Positions 19,900 through 30,331 are shown, counted from the stretch's first letter. The stretch: 64,000 bases of DNA from Candidatus Poribacteria bacterium (GCA_965208325.1 OZ242326.1:96001-160000), one strand, 5' to 3'. Notes: generated by a model not told the origin, from the sequence alone. Made by a program: numbers and translations.

Positions 19900-21213
19900 T
19901 TACTCGTCGTAGTAGCCCGCTTCTTCAAAAATCTGTTCGTGTTTCCGGGCAATCTGATCCAGAGCCGCTTTTGGCAATTTAGCGCCGACAATCACCGCGT
20001 TCCAGTTTGTTTGGCATACTTCTAGAAGGTCTGCGTACTCAGGCACTGCCCAGAAGTCTTTTAGGTAAGGCATGCTATCTGAAAACGCCTGATTGAACGG
20101 CGTTGCATTCAGGAACGTTTCCGACTGTAGTACCTCCCTATGCGGTGTGAAACCGCCGAGCATTGCCCATTTCTCCTGGACGGCTTTCTGAATAAACCAT
20201 TTCATGTACTGTTTAGCGGCCGGTTTGTTCTTGGAATAAGAAGAAATAGACATGCCTTGCCCGCCGATGCTGATGTAGTGCCCCTTTGGTCCCTTTGGCG
20301 CGATAAAGAAACCCGTTTTATCGTAAAATTTTGGATTCTGTTTCGGATCGATCGCACCCGCAAAAAAGGCAAAATAATTCATAGCCATTGCCACTTTTCC
20401 CGCCTTATAGGCATCTAAAACCTGCTGCCAATAGTAATTCGGTGCATCGGGAGGGGCGAACTTTATGAGTTTTGCGTAATATTCCAACGCCTTTACGGAA
20501 TCTTCGTTGTTAATATAACCATCGACTCTGTACGTGTGAGGGTCGCCGTAAGACCCGCCAAACGACCACATCACCTGCTGGAATCCCATTGTGATACTGT
20601 CGTATTCTTTACTGAAGTATGCCGCAATTCCGTAGAGATCAGGAGGTCGAGTGAAGAATTCGGCAATATCGAGCAGTTCTTTGTATGTTGTTGGCGGGGC
20701 TAACGCATATCCGTATTTGGCTATGAACGCCGCCTGTTCCTTCGGATCTTCAAATAGGTCTTTGCGGTACATAAAACCGTTGATGTCCACCTCCGCAGGA
20801 AGCGCCCAATATTTCTTACTCCCTTTCGGATACTCCGCAAAGGCTGTCATTGCTGTGTCGGAAATCGAACTGACATCAATGTTGCCATTCATCCATTCCG
20901 TCAGCTCAATGTAATGTCCACCAACAGAGTTTCTGCCAAGCCACTGGCTATCGCCAATGACAATATCATAGAGATCGCTCTTTCCAACAAACGCGGCAGA
21001 AATCTTCTCCTGAAAACTCCCCCACGGAATTTGAACTACGTTGACCGCAATACCCGTTTCTGCTGTAAAATCCTTCGATAGCTCATCCAGATAATCCGCA
21101 GGCGCCCATTCTGCCCAAACGACGGTCAATGGTTTTTGCGCATTTGTCGAGGGGGCGAGCAAAATTATGGCGCTTATGGTAACTACGAAAATATAGATGT
21201 GTGGTTTTTTCAT
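19900..21213 (-). CDS. Sugar/polyol ABC substrate-binding protein (SBP_bac_1/8)
   Basis: Signal peptide; YRKDLFEDP, PPTTY.EL.DIAEFFT; GGAGG RBS. Confidence 0.92.
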   Translation of the reverse strand: MKKPHIYIFVVTISAIILLAPSTNAQKPLTVVWAEWAPADYLDELSKDFTAETGIAVNVVQIPWGSFQEKISAAFVGKSDLYDIVIGDSQWLGRNSVGGHYIELTEWMNGNIDVSSISDTAMTAFAEYPKGSKKYWALPAEVDINGFMYRKDLFEDPKEQAAFIAKYGYALAPPTTYKELLDIAEFFTRPPDLYGIAAYFSKEYDSITMGFQQVMWSFGGSYGDPHTYRVDGYINNEDSVKALEYYAKLIKFAPPDAPNYYWQQVLDAYKAGKVAMAMNYFAFFAGAIDPKQNPKFYDKTGFFIAPKGPKGHYISIGGQGMSISSYSKNKPAAKQYMKWFIQKAVQEKWAMLGGFTPHREVLQSETFLNATPFNQAFSDSMPYLKDFWAVPEYADLLEVCQTNWNAVIVGAKLPKAALDQIARKHEQIFEEAGYYDE

Positions 21214-21453
21214 CAATCTCCTCCTAAATTAGTCAATGAGGTAAAGTAGTTTACAAATTCAAACTAAGGAAACTGCCGTGCGGGGTTATAACAATTTGTC
21301 ATCTAGCAACGGATTTTTTTGCCCATATTTGGACAAATGTCTGAGAATACTTGAGCACACAAAGCAAGGCAATGCGCGTAGAGCAAATGAAAACGTGCAG
21401 CGAATTGGTTAGGTCTTCCGCTGCATTTGCGCAACGGGATATTATCACGATTT

Positions 21454-23484
21454 TCATATTTCGTTCAATGAAAAATCCTCGCTGCGGGTCGAATCTTGGC
21501 TGTCGGGAAAATCGAAAAGATCGGCAATCTGCGCTATTTTTTCGGGATGCCCGAGCAGATATACTTCATCATCAACCTCAATCCGCATGTCTCCATGTGG
21601 ATTAGGTAAAACCTGGCCGTTCCGCAGGATTGCAACGACTGACACCTCGAATGTCTTTCGTAATTTGATTTCCTCAAGGGTTTTTTCAACAAAAGGGGAT
21701 CTCTTATCAACCCGTAAAACTGAAATCTCAAGATCGGGAAGATGCACGTCCCGGTGGGGAAGAGATAACATATCTTTGGATGGAGTGCGGAACATCTTGT
21801 AACCATCGGCACGCACGTCGGCAATGAAACGTTCAATCTCATCGTGCGGGACGAGGTACTCCATCAATACTCGAGTGAAAATCTCGACTGATGTCTCAAA
21901 CTCCTCCGGAATTACTTCGTTCGCACCGGCATGATATAGCGGTTCTACCTCAGCTATATGCCGAGTTCTGACGATTATATGCGCCGCGGGATTCAATGCA
22001 CGGGCGGTTCCTACGATTCGGCGGGAGGACGCATCGTCCGAAATTGCTACGACAACGACACGCGCGGATTTGATGTTTGCATGGTGAAGTACGGCATCGT
22101 GAACTGCGTCACCGAAGAAAATGGGCTCGCCATTTGTCCGGGCAGAACGCACAATTTCATTATTCATTTCGATAACGACATACGGTAGATCTGCCGCCGC
22201 GGCCGCCTTTGCAACGTTTTTTCCGTTGATTCCGAAGCCGATAATTATAATATGGTTACTTTGCTCCGGATTTGGTTTCGAATGAGTTTGCCTCAATCCT
22301 GACACCAGTCGTTTCGGAAGCCGCAATCGCAGTATCCTATCGGCAACTCGCCCGGATACCGAGACGACAATCGGTGTAGCAGCCATAGTTATAACCGAAA
22401 CAGCCAGAAACAATTTATAATTTGCTTCGCTGAATAAACCGTGTTTTATGCCTTCATTCGACAGGATAAATGCAAATTCTCCCACTTGACTAAGTGCGAG
22501 CCCTGCAAGGATTGCCGTGCGCAATGGATATCCAATACTGGAAGTTACTGCGCCTGCGACGATGCTCTTTGCAGCCAAAACGCCAATTGCGAGACCGGCA
22601 ATCAAAAATGGCTTTTCGATCAGAACGTGAAAATCGAATAACATTCCTACTGATACGAAGAAGAAACTCGTGAACACATCCCTAAAAGGTGAAATATGAC
22701 CCAGCGCGTCGTGGCTGGATTCTGATTCGGAGACAATCAGTCCTGCCAGAAATGCGCCAAGTGCCAATGAGACACCGAAAATTGACGTCACCCACGTGAC
22801 AGCTAAGCAAATGGCGAGTACGCTCAATAAAAAAACTTCGCGGCTCCGCGTCCGTAACACCTGCGAAAGCAATAGTGGGACAACGTATTTTGCACCCACA
22901 ATTACTACGACAACCATCACCGCGCCCTTTGCCAGCAACGAAATGAGTGCTTGGTTCACCTCACTCGCTTCGCCGGCAAGAATTGGCGTAATCAATATCA
23001 TGGGTACAATTGCGATATCTTGAAAAATAAGGATTCCCAGCGCCGTACGTCCGTGAGGTGTTCGCGTTTCATCTCGCTCTTGTAGAAGTTTCATCACAAT
23101 CACAGTACTGCTTACGGCCGAAAGGCATCCTACGAATATCGCTTGGTTGGCTACCATGCCAAAATGTCGAGCGATGATAAACGTTGCTAATAGCGTAAAT
23201 CCTACCTGCAGCGGTCCGCCTATAAGTACGGTACGCTTGACCTGCAGTAGATAATCCAACGAAAATTCAATCCCGATAGTGAACAACAGCAAAATGATTC
23301 CCACCTCTGCTAGAATTTCAACTTCACCATCGGCCTGAACCAGCGCCAATCCATGAGGTCCAGCTATCAGTCCCGTCAAAAGAAAGCCGACAATGGCAGG
23401 CACATGGAGCCTATGGCAGATAAGCAAACAACAAATAGACAACACGAATATGATGCAGATGTCGTAAAGCAAAGGAATTTCCAT
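21454..23484 (-). CDS. CPA2/Kef-type K+/H+ antiporter with TrkA-N and TrkA-C domains
   Basis: Many TM; LIFQDIA, SLALGAFLAGL, LSQVGEFAF; GFGING Rossmann motif; C-terminal RCK_C; start at MEIPLL estimated. Confidence 0.93.
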   Translation of the reverse strand: MEIPLLYDICIIFVLSICCLLICHRLHVPAIVGFLLTGLIAGPHGLALVQADGEVEILAEVGIILLLFTIGIEFSLDYLLQVKRTVLIGGPLQVGFTLLATFIIARHFGMVANQAIFVGCLSAVSSTVIVMKLLQERDETRTPHGRTALGILIFQDIAIVPMILITPILAGEASEVNQALISLLAKGAVMVVVVIVGAKYVVPLLLSQVLRTRSREVFLLSVLAICLAVTWVTSIFGVSLALGAFLAGLIVSESESSHDALGHISPFRDVFTSFFFVSVGMLFDFHVLIEKPFLIAGLAIGVLAAKSIVAGAVTSSIGYPLRTAILAGLALSQVGEFAFILSNEGIKHGLFSEANYKLFLAVSVITMAATPIVVSVSGRVADRILRLRLPKRLVSGLRQTHSKPNPEQSNHIIIIGFGINGKNVAKAAAAADLPYVVIEMNNEIVRSARTNGEPIFFGDAVHDAVLHHANIKSARVVVVAISDDASSRRIVGTARALNPAAHIIVRTRHIAEVEPLYHAGANEVIPEEFETSVEIFTRVLMEYLVPHDEIERFIADVRADGYKMFRTPSKDMLSLPHRDVHLPDLEISVLRVDKRSPFVEKTLEEIKLRKTFEVSVVAILRNGQVLPNPHGDMRIEVDDEVYLLGHPEKIAQIADLFDFPDSQDSTRSEDFSLNEI

Positions 23485-23900
23485 AATAAATCCATGCTTT
23501 AATGAATGGTGACAATAAAGATCGGTTAAATCAATTTCGTCGAAAGGGAACCCTTCCTTCAAACCACCGATTAAGTTCTCCCGCCAAAAACGCCACCTTA
23601 CGAAAGTTCAATCCAATTAATAGCAGACTGCGTTCTTCAAATGCCGGATACATGTTTCTAACCGGGGTAATCTTGTCAAAATCTACTGGTAGCGGCAAAC
23701 TGGGTTTCGCGGTGAAAAGGCAGGAGGTCGTTCGGGTTGACGATTGGGAATATGCTTACTTGCGGTAAATCTCTAAGTCGCATTTATTCGAGCAGCACCG
23801 ATTGAAATCATATCAATGATGGATGAAAAACTCCGGTGATGTGAACAACTGTGTTGACAATATTCCCCGATTCACACACCCGCGTTGGCTAATCCTCGTG

Positions 23901-24329
23901 TTAATTCGGTTGCACAAACTCGATGAGGATACCGTCCGGGGCTTTTGCGCAAGCAACGCCCACAGCATCCGGTGCGTCGACAGGATCAGCCACAAACTCT
24001 ACCCCTTTCTGTTTGAGTTTTTTGACGGTTCCCTCAATATCATCGACGAGAATAGTTAGCCAACCTAAACCGGCGCCAAAACTGTGTTCGGGAGGCGATG
24101 GCGGCGTTTCAATATCCATCAGTTTAATCAGTGTGTTACCAGCCTGCACTCGGACTTGATGAAATCCACGCGGCGCAAGACCGACTTTTTGTGCCAACGG
24201 CGCGGAAATGTCGAGTTCCATCACAATCTCCAAGCCCAGCAACTCGTGGTAGAAGCGAAGCGATTCCTCGAAATTACTGCAGGTGATGGCTATGTCAACG
24301 GTTGGACGTTTCAGTTCGAGTATGGACAT
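23901..24329 (-). CDS. VOC/glyoxalase family protein
   Basis: SLRFYHELLG, VDDI...LKQKGV, APDGILIEF; GGAGG RBS before ATG 24329. Confidence 0.85.
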   Translation of the reverse strand: MSILELKRPTVDIAITCSNFEESLRFYHELLGLEIVMELDISAPLAQKVGLAPRGFHQVRVQAGNTLIKLMDIETPPSPPEHSFGAGLGWLTILVDDIEGTVKKLKQKGVEFVADPVDAPDAVGVACAKAPDGILIEFVQPN

Positions 24330-24491
24330 AAAAACCTCCGTTCTTTTTTGGATTTCAAGATTGGAATGCGAATACCGCTCAAAAATCACCCGATCGAAAA
24401 GGCACCGACTACTGCGCGGGTGTCCGTCACGTAGGAAAACTCGGCGGGATTGGTGTAGCCCATCCAAAGGCTTTCCGATTCTGAAGGGGCT

Positions 24492-25535
24492 CTACTCATG
24501 ACAGTGTCCATAGTGATAGTGCAAGCGGAGTAGATCCAAACCGAAATCATCCTCCAAATGCCGCCAGACCGAATGGATATGATTCGCGTCGTTTTGCGTA
24601 TTGTCATATTCCACAAAAAATGACGGTCCGTGAATCCGATAATAATGCGCTGCACCGCGATCCAGTCTGCCTGCCCAGGCGAAGTGAATGTCGTTTACAC
24701 CGTCATGACGTAACTTCTGTGTTTCAAATGCAGCCAGTGAATCTGGAAGCCGATCGATGTACGTTCGTACGAGATTCATCAATGTGCCGCGCTGGTCGGA
24801 AGTCATCAAATCCGCTGCCAACCCTTCAACAGCCTCAAACTCTATTTTCGGGGCAGCTTTCGTGATAATGTCTCTGGGCGCTGTCGTCGTGATAACCGTA
24901 TTCTTTTTCTGTTCACCGTTCAGGCTGTCCAAAAGAACCCGCGCAAAATCTTCCTCGGCTGACAGGATGCGCAGCCCCGTTTTGGGTCCATACCTCACAT
25001 GTGCGGGGTTGGACCCGAAGAAGAAAGGTGTCGGTGCGATTAACGCTCGGTTCACGATTGTAAAATTAACCGAGACATGATGCCCTTCCGTTCGCCAGCC
25101 CCATGGCTCTGTGTTTGTAGGATTGCCGAACACGCTGAAATAGTAGAGATTCGGTATCCTAGCAAACCGAGCCGTACCGTCCCGGCGCTCCAGGTCGCCA
25201 AGCGTGGATTCCAAGTCAATTATCGCCCTAGCCTTTTCGTACCCCGTTTGACTTAATCCGCAACTGAGCAACCCAAGTGCCGCTGCCTGCTGCTTTTCAT
25301 TCATCTCTTTCAGCGGTAAACCCTTGCGTTCAAAATTCTCCCGCGGAAAGTAATGCCAACGGCGGCGCTCATCCACGTCGAATGCAAACTCTGCCTTTTG
25401 TCTCAAATTCGGCGTCAGTGACTCTAAGAATTGTACGCAGAATGACGCCATCTCATCTGCGACTTCCGGCGCGGAAATCAGCGATGGAACAGTTGGTATG
25501 CGCGTATTTTCTTGTGGATGCGTGTGTTCTGCCAT
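24492..25535 (-). CDS. DUF3500 family protein
   Basis: WHYFP, WGWRTEGHH.S.N, P.FFGSNP, HYYRIHGP, NHIHSVWR...DFG. Confidence 0.85.
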   Translation of the reverse strand: MAEHTHPQENTRIPTVPSLISAPEVADEMASFCVQFLESLTPNLRQKAEFAFDVDERRRWHYFPRENFERKGLPLKEMNEKQQAAALGLLSCGLSQTGYEKARAIIDLESTLGDLERRDGTARFARIPNLYYFSVFGNPTNTEPWGWRTEGHHVSVNFTIVNRALIAPTPFFFGSNPAHVRYGPKTGLRILSAEEDFARVLLDSLNGEQKKNTVITTTAPRDIITKAAPKIEFEAVEGLAADLMTSDQRGTLMNLVRTYIDRLPDSLAAFETQKLRHDGVNDIHFAWAGRLDRGAAHYYRIHGPSFFVEYDNTQNDANHIHSVWRHLEDDFGLDLLRLHYHYGHCHE

Positions 25536-25732
25536 GCTGTAAATCTCCAATTAAACGCTAATGACAATACCGCGTGAATACATAATCGCCGTAAATCTCA
25601 AAATTTTGCCACTATAGCACACAAAGCTGCGTCTCCTCAATGTCAAATCTTCTAATTTCACGATTTAAAAACTGACGCAAGATTGATTCAGATTAGGCAA
25701 GTTATATGAATACCTTCAAACCTGTGGAGATC

Positions 25733-26731
25733 CTAATCGTTCTTGGATGACTTTTGCCGATCACAATCATACTCAATCTGATTTACCGGATAACGAGGAC
25801 GTTCACCGCTGAGCACCCGCACCACCTCTTGAGCGGACCAGGCGCGCATATCTCGGCCTGAAGCTTCCGAGTACCAACCAATATGCGGCGTAATCATAAT
25901 TCTCTCGTCGCGCAAAAGCGGGTCGTCCAGCGGCGGCGGTTCGGCCAACAATGCGTCGAGTGCGGCACCTGCAATTGTCCCAGACTCAACCGCACACAGC
26001 AGCGCGTTTTCATCAACGAGTCCGCCCCTTGCAGTGTTGATTAGGAACGCTGTCGGCTTCATGAGCGGCAACGCCTTCGCATCAATGATGTGGTGAGTGG
26101 CGTTTGACAGAGGCATATGCAGCGTCAAAAAGTCGGAGGTGCGAAGAATTGTTTCAAAATCAACTGACCGCACGCCCATCTCCCGCATTGATGCCGCATC
26201 AACGAAAGGGTCGTGGGCGGTAACCGAAAGGCCCAACCCAATCCCTTTTTTCGCAACTGCTCGGCCAATTCTGCCAAACCCCAAGACGCCCAAATTCTGG
26301 CCAGCAAGCCGCTCAAGCGGCCGAACTAACATCGAATCCCATATTCCTTGGCGCGTCATTTCGACCAGACGCGGGATTCGTCTGACATAAGCCAGCAGCA
26401 GTGCAATGGCGTGCGTAGATACTTCGTCCACTGAGTAATCGGGTACGTTCGTCACCCAGATGCCGTATTTGGTCGCGGCTCCCACATCAATGTTGTCAAC
26501 GCCGGTACCCGCGCGGCTCACGATTCGGCACCGGCGCAGACGACTCAACATTTCGCCGGATACCTTTTGCCGTGCGACGATTAAAGCATCAGCCTCGATA
26601 GCTGCTTCAATCGCTTCTGGTGTGGTGAGGTTTCGGGGGTATAATACGGTTGCTCCAATAGCGCTAAGTACGTCCTCTTCAACGGTGGCATCAGTAAATT
26701 CGTCGTGGGCGACTACGACGATTGGTTTCAT
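25733..26731 (-). CDS. D-isomer-specific 2-hydroxyacid dehydrogenase (CtBP/SerA-like)
   Basis: GTGVDNID, NVPDY, GFGRIG, INTARG, ITPHIGW. Confidence 0.93.
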   Translation of the reverse strand: MKPIVVVAHDEFTDATVEEDVLSAIGATVLYPRNLTTPEAIEAAIEADALIVARQKVSGEMLSRLRRCRIVSRAGTGVDNIDVGAATKYGIWVTNVPDYSVDEVSTHAIALLLAYVRRIPRLVEMTRQGIWDSMLVRPLERLAGQNLGVLGFGRIGRAVAKKGIGLGLSVTAHDPFVDAASMREMGVRSVDFETILRTSDFLTLHMPLSNATHHIIDAKALPLMKPTAFLINTARGGLVDENALLCAVESGTIAGAALDALLAEPPPLDDPLLRDERIMITPHIGWYSEASGRDMRAWSAQEVVRVLSGERPRYPVNQIEYDCDRQKSSKND

Positions 26732-26782
26732 GGCATACCTCGTGTATGGGAAACAAGTGGAGTAACATCAAAAGGAACAAAA

Positions 26783-27754
26783 TTACGCCGCTTCTGCATT
26801 CAATATTTCAAGGAAAGCCGTCATGTAACCAATCGTATACGCCCGCCCTCGATGGTCCCACGGTGTATCATCGACGACATGCGGGACGTGATCGGGAATC
26901 ATGAAACCGTTAAATCCGACTGACTTCAAAGTCTTCATGACTGCAAACATATCGCAGTTGCCTTCATTGACGAACGCTTCGGCAAATTTCGGCACATGAC
27001 CTTGGACATCGCGGAAGTGTACGTAAAAGATTTTGCCTCGCTCCCCAAAATATCGTATCGCATCGATTACACCAGGCCCCATCTCCGACCATGAACCGAC
27101 GCAGAAATCCAAGCCGTGTATTTGACTGTCCCCAATTTCCATCCCTCTCTTGAATCCCTCAAAGTTACGGAAAAGACGCGGCACGCCGGCCAACGATTCC
27201 ACCGGCGGATCATCCGGGTGAAGCGCAAGTTTCACGCCAGCCTCTTCCGCGACCGGGAGAATCGCCTTCATGTAGTATTCATAGTTATCCCACATTTCTT
27301 CTTCACTGAAGATCCGTCCGTGAGACAGCGGCGCGTCTTTGACAAGCGCTAAATCGAAGCTTGTGACGGTTGCGCCGCCCCGACTAGGCGTTGTACTGGA
27401 CGTGCGCCACACACTGTTCGGCATCCAGTGGTAACCGAATGTCTCTACGCCTGCCCGTCCCATATTGCGGATGGTATCCGCCATGTTCTCAATTTGTTTG
27501 TCCCGGCCGGGCAAACCTAGCATGATCTTGTCGTAGAATTGAATCGGAACATTCTCAAGCGCACCTAACCGTAAACCGGCACTTTCAATCTGGGTGCGTA
27601 GGTGCAGCACATCCTCAAATTCCCAGTGCGTGTCACCGGGCAACGCCGGGGTATTGAGAAGTACGTCATCAACACCAAGTTGCTTGATAAACTTGAGCCG
27701 TTCTTCGCTTAACTGGTTGAATTGGCCCAAACCGAGCCGCATTTGACGTTCCAT
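26783..27754 (-). CDS. uxuA: Mannonate dehydratase
   Basis: ILPVAEEAGVKLALHPDDPP, DFCVGS, VHFRD, PDHVP, YTIGYM. Confidence 0.88.
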   Translation of the reverse strand: MERQMRLGLGQFNQLSEERLKFIKQLGVDDVLLNTPALPGDTHWEFEDVLHLRTQIESAGLRLGALENVPIQFYDKIMLGLPGRDKQIENMADTIRNMGRAGVETFGYHWMPNSVWRTSSTTPSRGGATVTSFDLALVKDAPLSHGRIFSEEEMWDNYEYYMKAILPVAEEAGVKLALHPDDPPVESLAGVPRLFRNFEGFKRGMEIGDSQIHGLDFCVGSWSEMGPGVIDAIRYFGERGKIFYVHFRDVQGHVPKFAEAFVNEGNCDMFAVMKTLKSVGFNGFMIPDHVPHVVDDTPWDHRGRAYTIGYMTAFLEILNAEAA

Positions 27755-27767
27755 AGCTCATCCTTAC

Positions 27768-28067
27768 TTAATGAAATGTTGCCACCTGAATTAGATTTTT
27801 GCTAGAAATTGAACCTTCCTCATAGCAAGAATACCATTCAGTAGCATTTGGGATATTCACCATGTCCGCTTCTGCCTTCTTAGCATCGTCCTTTGATTTC
27901 CAATAAACGATGTCGGTATAGCCTCCATCGTTGTTTTTGTGAATCTCCCATTTGATAAAACCCGATTGTTTGCTCATCCAATTTTTGGCGATATCATTTG
28001 CTACATTTAATAATTGCTCTTCAGAAATATTCTCTGATAACTTGTAACTAATCACATCCTTGTACAT
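27768..28067 (-). CDS. Small dimeric alpha/beta-barrel (ABM-like) protein
   Basis: QSGFI.WE and DIVYW.S pattern; ATG 28067 with AAGGA upstream; AT-rich. Confidence 0.65.
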   Translation of the reverse strand: MYKDVISYKLSENISEEQLLNVANDIAKNWMSKQSGFIKWEIHKNNDGGYTDIVYWKSKDDAKKAEADMVNIPNATEWYSCYEEGSISSKNLIQVATFH

Positions 28068-28131
28068 ACCAACATCCTTAAGAAATTCCGCCAAACCACC
28101 GGTTACACTTGAGTGCTCATTCGCTGAAGCA

Positions 28132-28581
28132 TTAGAATAGCTTAGTGCTGTCGAGCATTATTGTAACCGGACCATCGTTAATCAACTCGACATCCATCAT
28201 CGCTTGGAAAATACCCGCTTTGACCGGCACATTCATACGCGTGACGGTTTCTATGAATTCCTGATAGAGTGCGTTTCCTTTTTCTGGGTTCGCCGCCGCA
28301 ATGAAACTTGGACGCCTGCCTTTGCGGCAATCACCATAGAGTGTAAATTGAGAAACAACAAGGAGTCCACCACCGCTCTCAAGAAGTGATTCATTCATGC
28401 GTCCCGTTTTGTCTTCAAAAATTCGGAGATTGGCAATTTTATTTGCCAGATAAATTACATCGTTGGAGGTGTCATCCTGCCCAACGCCGAGGAAAACAAG
28501 CAAACCCTGACAAATCTCGGAAATGCATTCTCCCCCCACCTTTACATTTGCAGATTTTACCCGTTGAACAACAGCTCTCAT
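28132..28581 (-). CDS. dtd: D-aminoacyl-tRNA deacylase
   Basis: MRAVVQRV, LRIFED, SQFTL, GRRPSF, NDGPVT. Confidence 0.97.
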   Translation of the reverse strand: MRAVVQRVKSANVKVGGECISEICQGLLVFLGVGQDDTSNDVIYLANKIANLRIFEDKTGRMNESLLESGGGLLVVSQFTLYGDCRKGRRPSFIAAANPEKGNALYQEFIETVTRMNVPVKAGIFQAMMDVELINDGPVTIMLDSTKLF

Positions 28582-28720
28582 CGTTAACCGAAATTGTTGA
28601 TAATCATTCAGATTTCCTCATCTTCGTGCACATTATTCTAGCACCGTTGATACAATTGTGCAAGCGAAACAAGCATGCATACGGCGTCGTCGCCGATCGC
28701 ATGAAGTAGGTGTTCGGCAG

Positions 28721-29971
28721 TTAATTGCCGTGATTCGCGGAATCTATGGTTTGCCCGCAACGGACGGCTTCGTTATAAACCTCTTGAAGCGGAATGTGGT
28801 ACTGCTCCGCGAGACGTTTACAATCTTCGTATTCGGGTATACTTTTGAGTAGCTTGTCTCCCAAATACCCGTGTTTTACTCGAATGATACCCCATCGAGT
28901 CTTGACTTCGGTGAAATTGCGGGACAGTTTATATCTTTGAACGGTGGAACATCTGACGCCAAATGTTGTTGTTTCCGTGAGTAGCGATTCCATCATCGCC
29001 TCCCGGTGTGTGATATTTGCGAGCACACTCAGTTTCGTCGCCGGCCGCCCTTTCTTCATCAAGATTGGTGTCAGGAAAACGTCTAGCGCCCCTTGATTCA
29101 AAAGTTTCTCCGTGACGTAAGCCGTAATCTCCGGCGAAAGGTCATCAAGGTTCGTTTCGATGAGACAGACTTGTTCGTGCTCGAAGCCGCTTCTCTTTTC
29201 ACCGGTAACCATACGTAGGAGGTTCGGTTGTTCCTCAAGGTCGCGCGTTCCTGCACCGTACCCGATTCGACCTATAACCATTTCGGGCATAGGTCCAAAT
29301 CCACGTCCGAGCGTGGTTACGATTGCCGCGCCCGTGGGAGTCACTAGTTCATGCCGAATTTTGGTTTGATGTACCGGGGTACCCTGCAGCAGTTCTAGCG
29401 TCCCTGGCGCCGGGACGGGCATCAGCCCATGATCGCAGCGGACAAACCCGCTTCCCAGCGATAATGGAGAGGCATAAATCTCCTCAATTCCCAGAAGGTG
29501 AAGTCCAATCACGACGCCGGTGATGTCTACTATTGAATCAACAGCGCTCACCTCGTGCAGGCGAACCCTTTCTTTTGGCATGTTGTGGATTTTTGCTTCT
29601 GCTTCCGCGAGCCGATCGAAAATTTTTTTCGCACGCGAAACTAGAGATTTCTCAAGAGTGCTGTTGTCAAGGATATCTAGAACGTCTGAAAGGCAGCGAC
29701 TCGGCTGATGGGCGTGTCCATGGTGATGGGCGTCGCCGTGAGGATTCTTGGAATGTGATACCGCTGATTTCGATTCGGCTGTTTCCACAACGGCTCGTGT
29801 CCCCGTAATGCCATGTTTAGTTATTTTTTCAAAATGCAAGGCGAATTCGTCAAGGTTTAACTTAGCCAACTCTGTCTTCAGCGCGTCTGGTTGGACGCCA
29901 ACATCAACTAATGCACCAAGTGCCATATCGCCGCTGATGCCCGAGAAGCAATCAAAATATGCGATTTTCAA
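28721..29971 (-). CDS. larC: Nickel pincer cofactor biosynthesis protein LarC (nickel insertase)
   Basis: YFDCFSGISGDM.LGAL, His-rich insert, HEV..VDSIVDI, PVPAP, TPTGAA, ETNLDD, MKKGRP, PEYEDC; TTG start after AAGGAG. Confidence 0.93.
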   Translation of the reverse strand: MKIAYFDCFSGISGDMALGALVDVGVQPDALKTELAKLNLDEFALHFEKITKHGITGTRAVVETAESKSAVSHSKNPHGDAHHHGHAHQPSRCLSDVLDILDNSTLEKSLVSRAKKIFDRLAEAEAKIHNMPKERVRLHEVSAVDSIVDITGVVIGLHLLGIEEIYASPLSLGSGFVRCDHGLMPVPAPGTLELLQGTPVHQTKIRHELVTPTGAAIVTTLGRGFGPMPEMVIGRIGYGAGTRDLEEQPNLLRMVTGEKRSGFEHEQVCLIETNLDDLSPEITAYVTEKLLNQGALDVFLTPILMKKGRPATKLSVLANITHREAMMESLLTETTTFGVRCSTVQRYKLSRNFTEVKTRWGIIRVKHGYLGDKLLKSIPEYEDCKRLAEQYHIPLQEVYNEAVRCGQTIDSANHGN

Positions 29972-30302
29972 TTGATTCTCCTTTTGGTTTGTATCCTTCA
30001 ACTGTGTAAGTACCATCAATACGCAGGAAGGATTACATTCTCGCTTTCCGCCAATCTAGTTCTTGGCGTTTGCATGTTGCCGTCTGGCACGCTAGGCGCA
30101 CGGTGCTCCTACTATACTGGTAGCATGGCGGCGAATCTTCGATTGGTTAAATTCTAAATTTCAAAAATTTCAGGCGTTGAATCGGCGGCGAATCAAATTG
30201 GAAAACAACCAAGAACAAAATCAGCCCAATTGAACTAGTTCGCTTCAATCCGGTAAATTCAACAATGGGCTGCGTTCCGTCTCCTACAGCGGGGCCATCT
30301 CT

Positions 30303-30331
30303 ATTGTACCAGATTCATCATACTGCTTCAA
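30303..30331 (-). promoter_or_regulatory. sigma70-type promoter facing larC
   Basis: Minus strand TTGAAG-17 bp-TACAAT with extended TG. Confidence 0.55.

Noticed and set aside
23700..23768. Peptide FAVKRQEVVRVDDWEYAYLR resembling a glutamine synthetase C-terminus
   Set aside because: Too short, with no upstream similarity; cannot be distinguished from chance without a search.
29972..30300. NiCo or other known riboswitch, or 6S RNA, upstream of larC
   Set aside because: I could not find the conserved motifs by eye; reported only as an unassigned structured leader.
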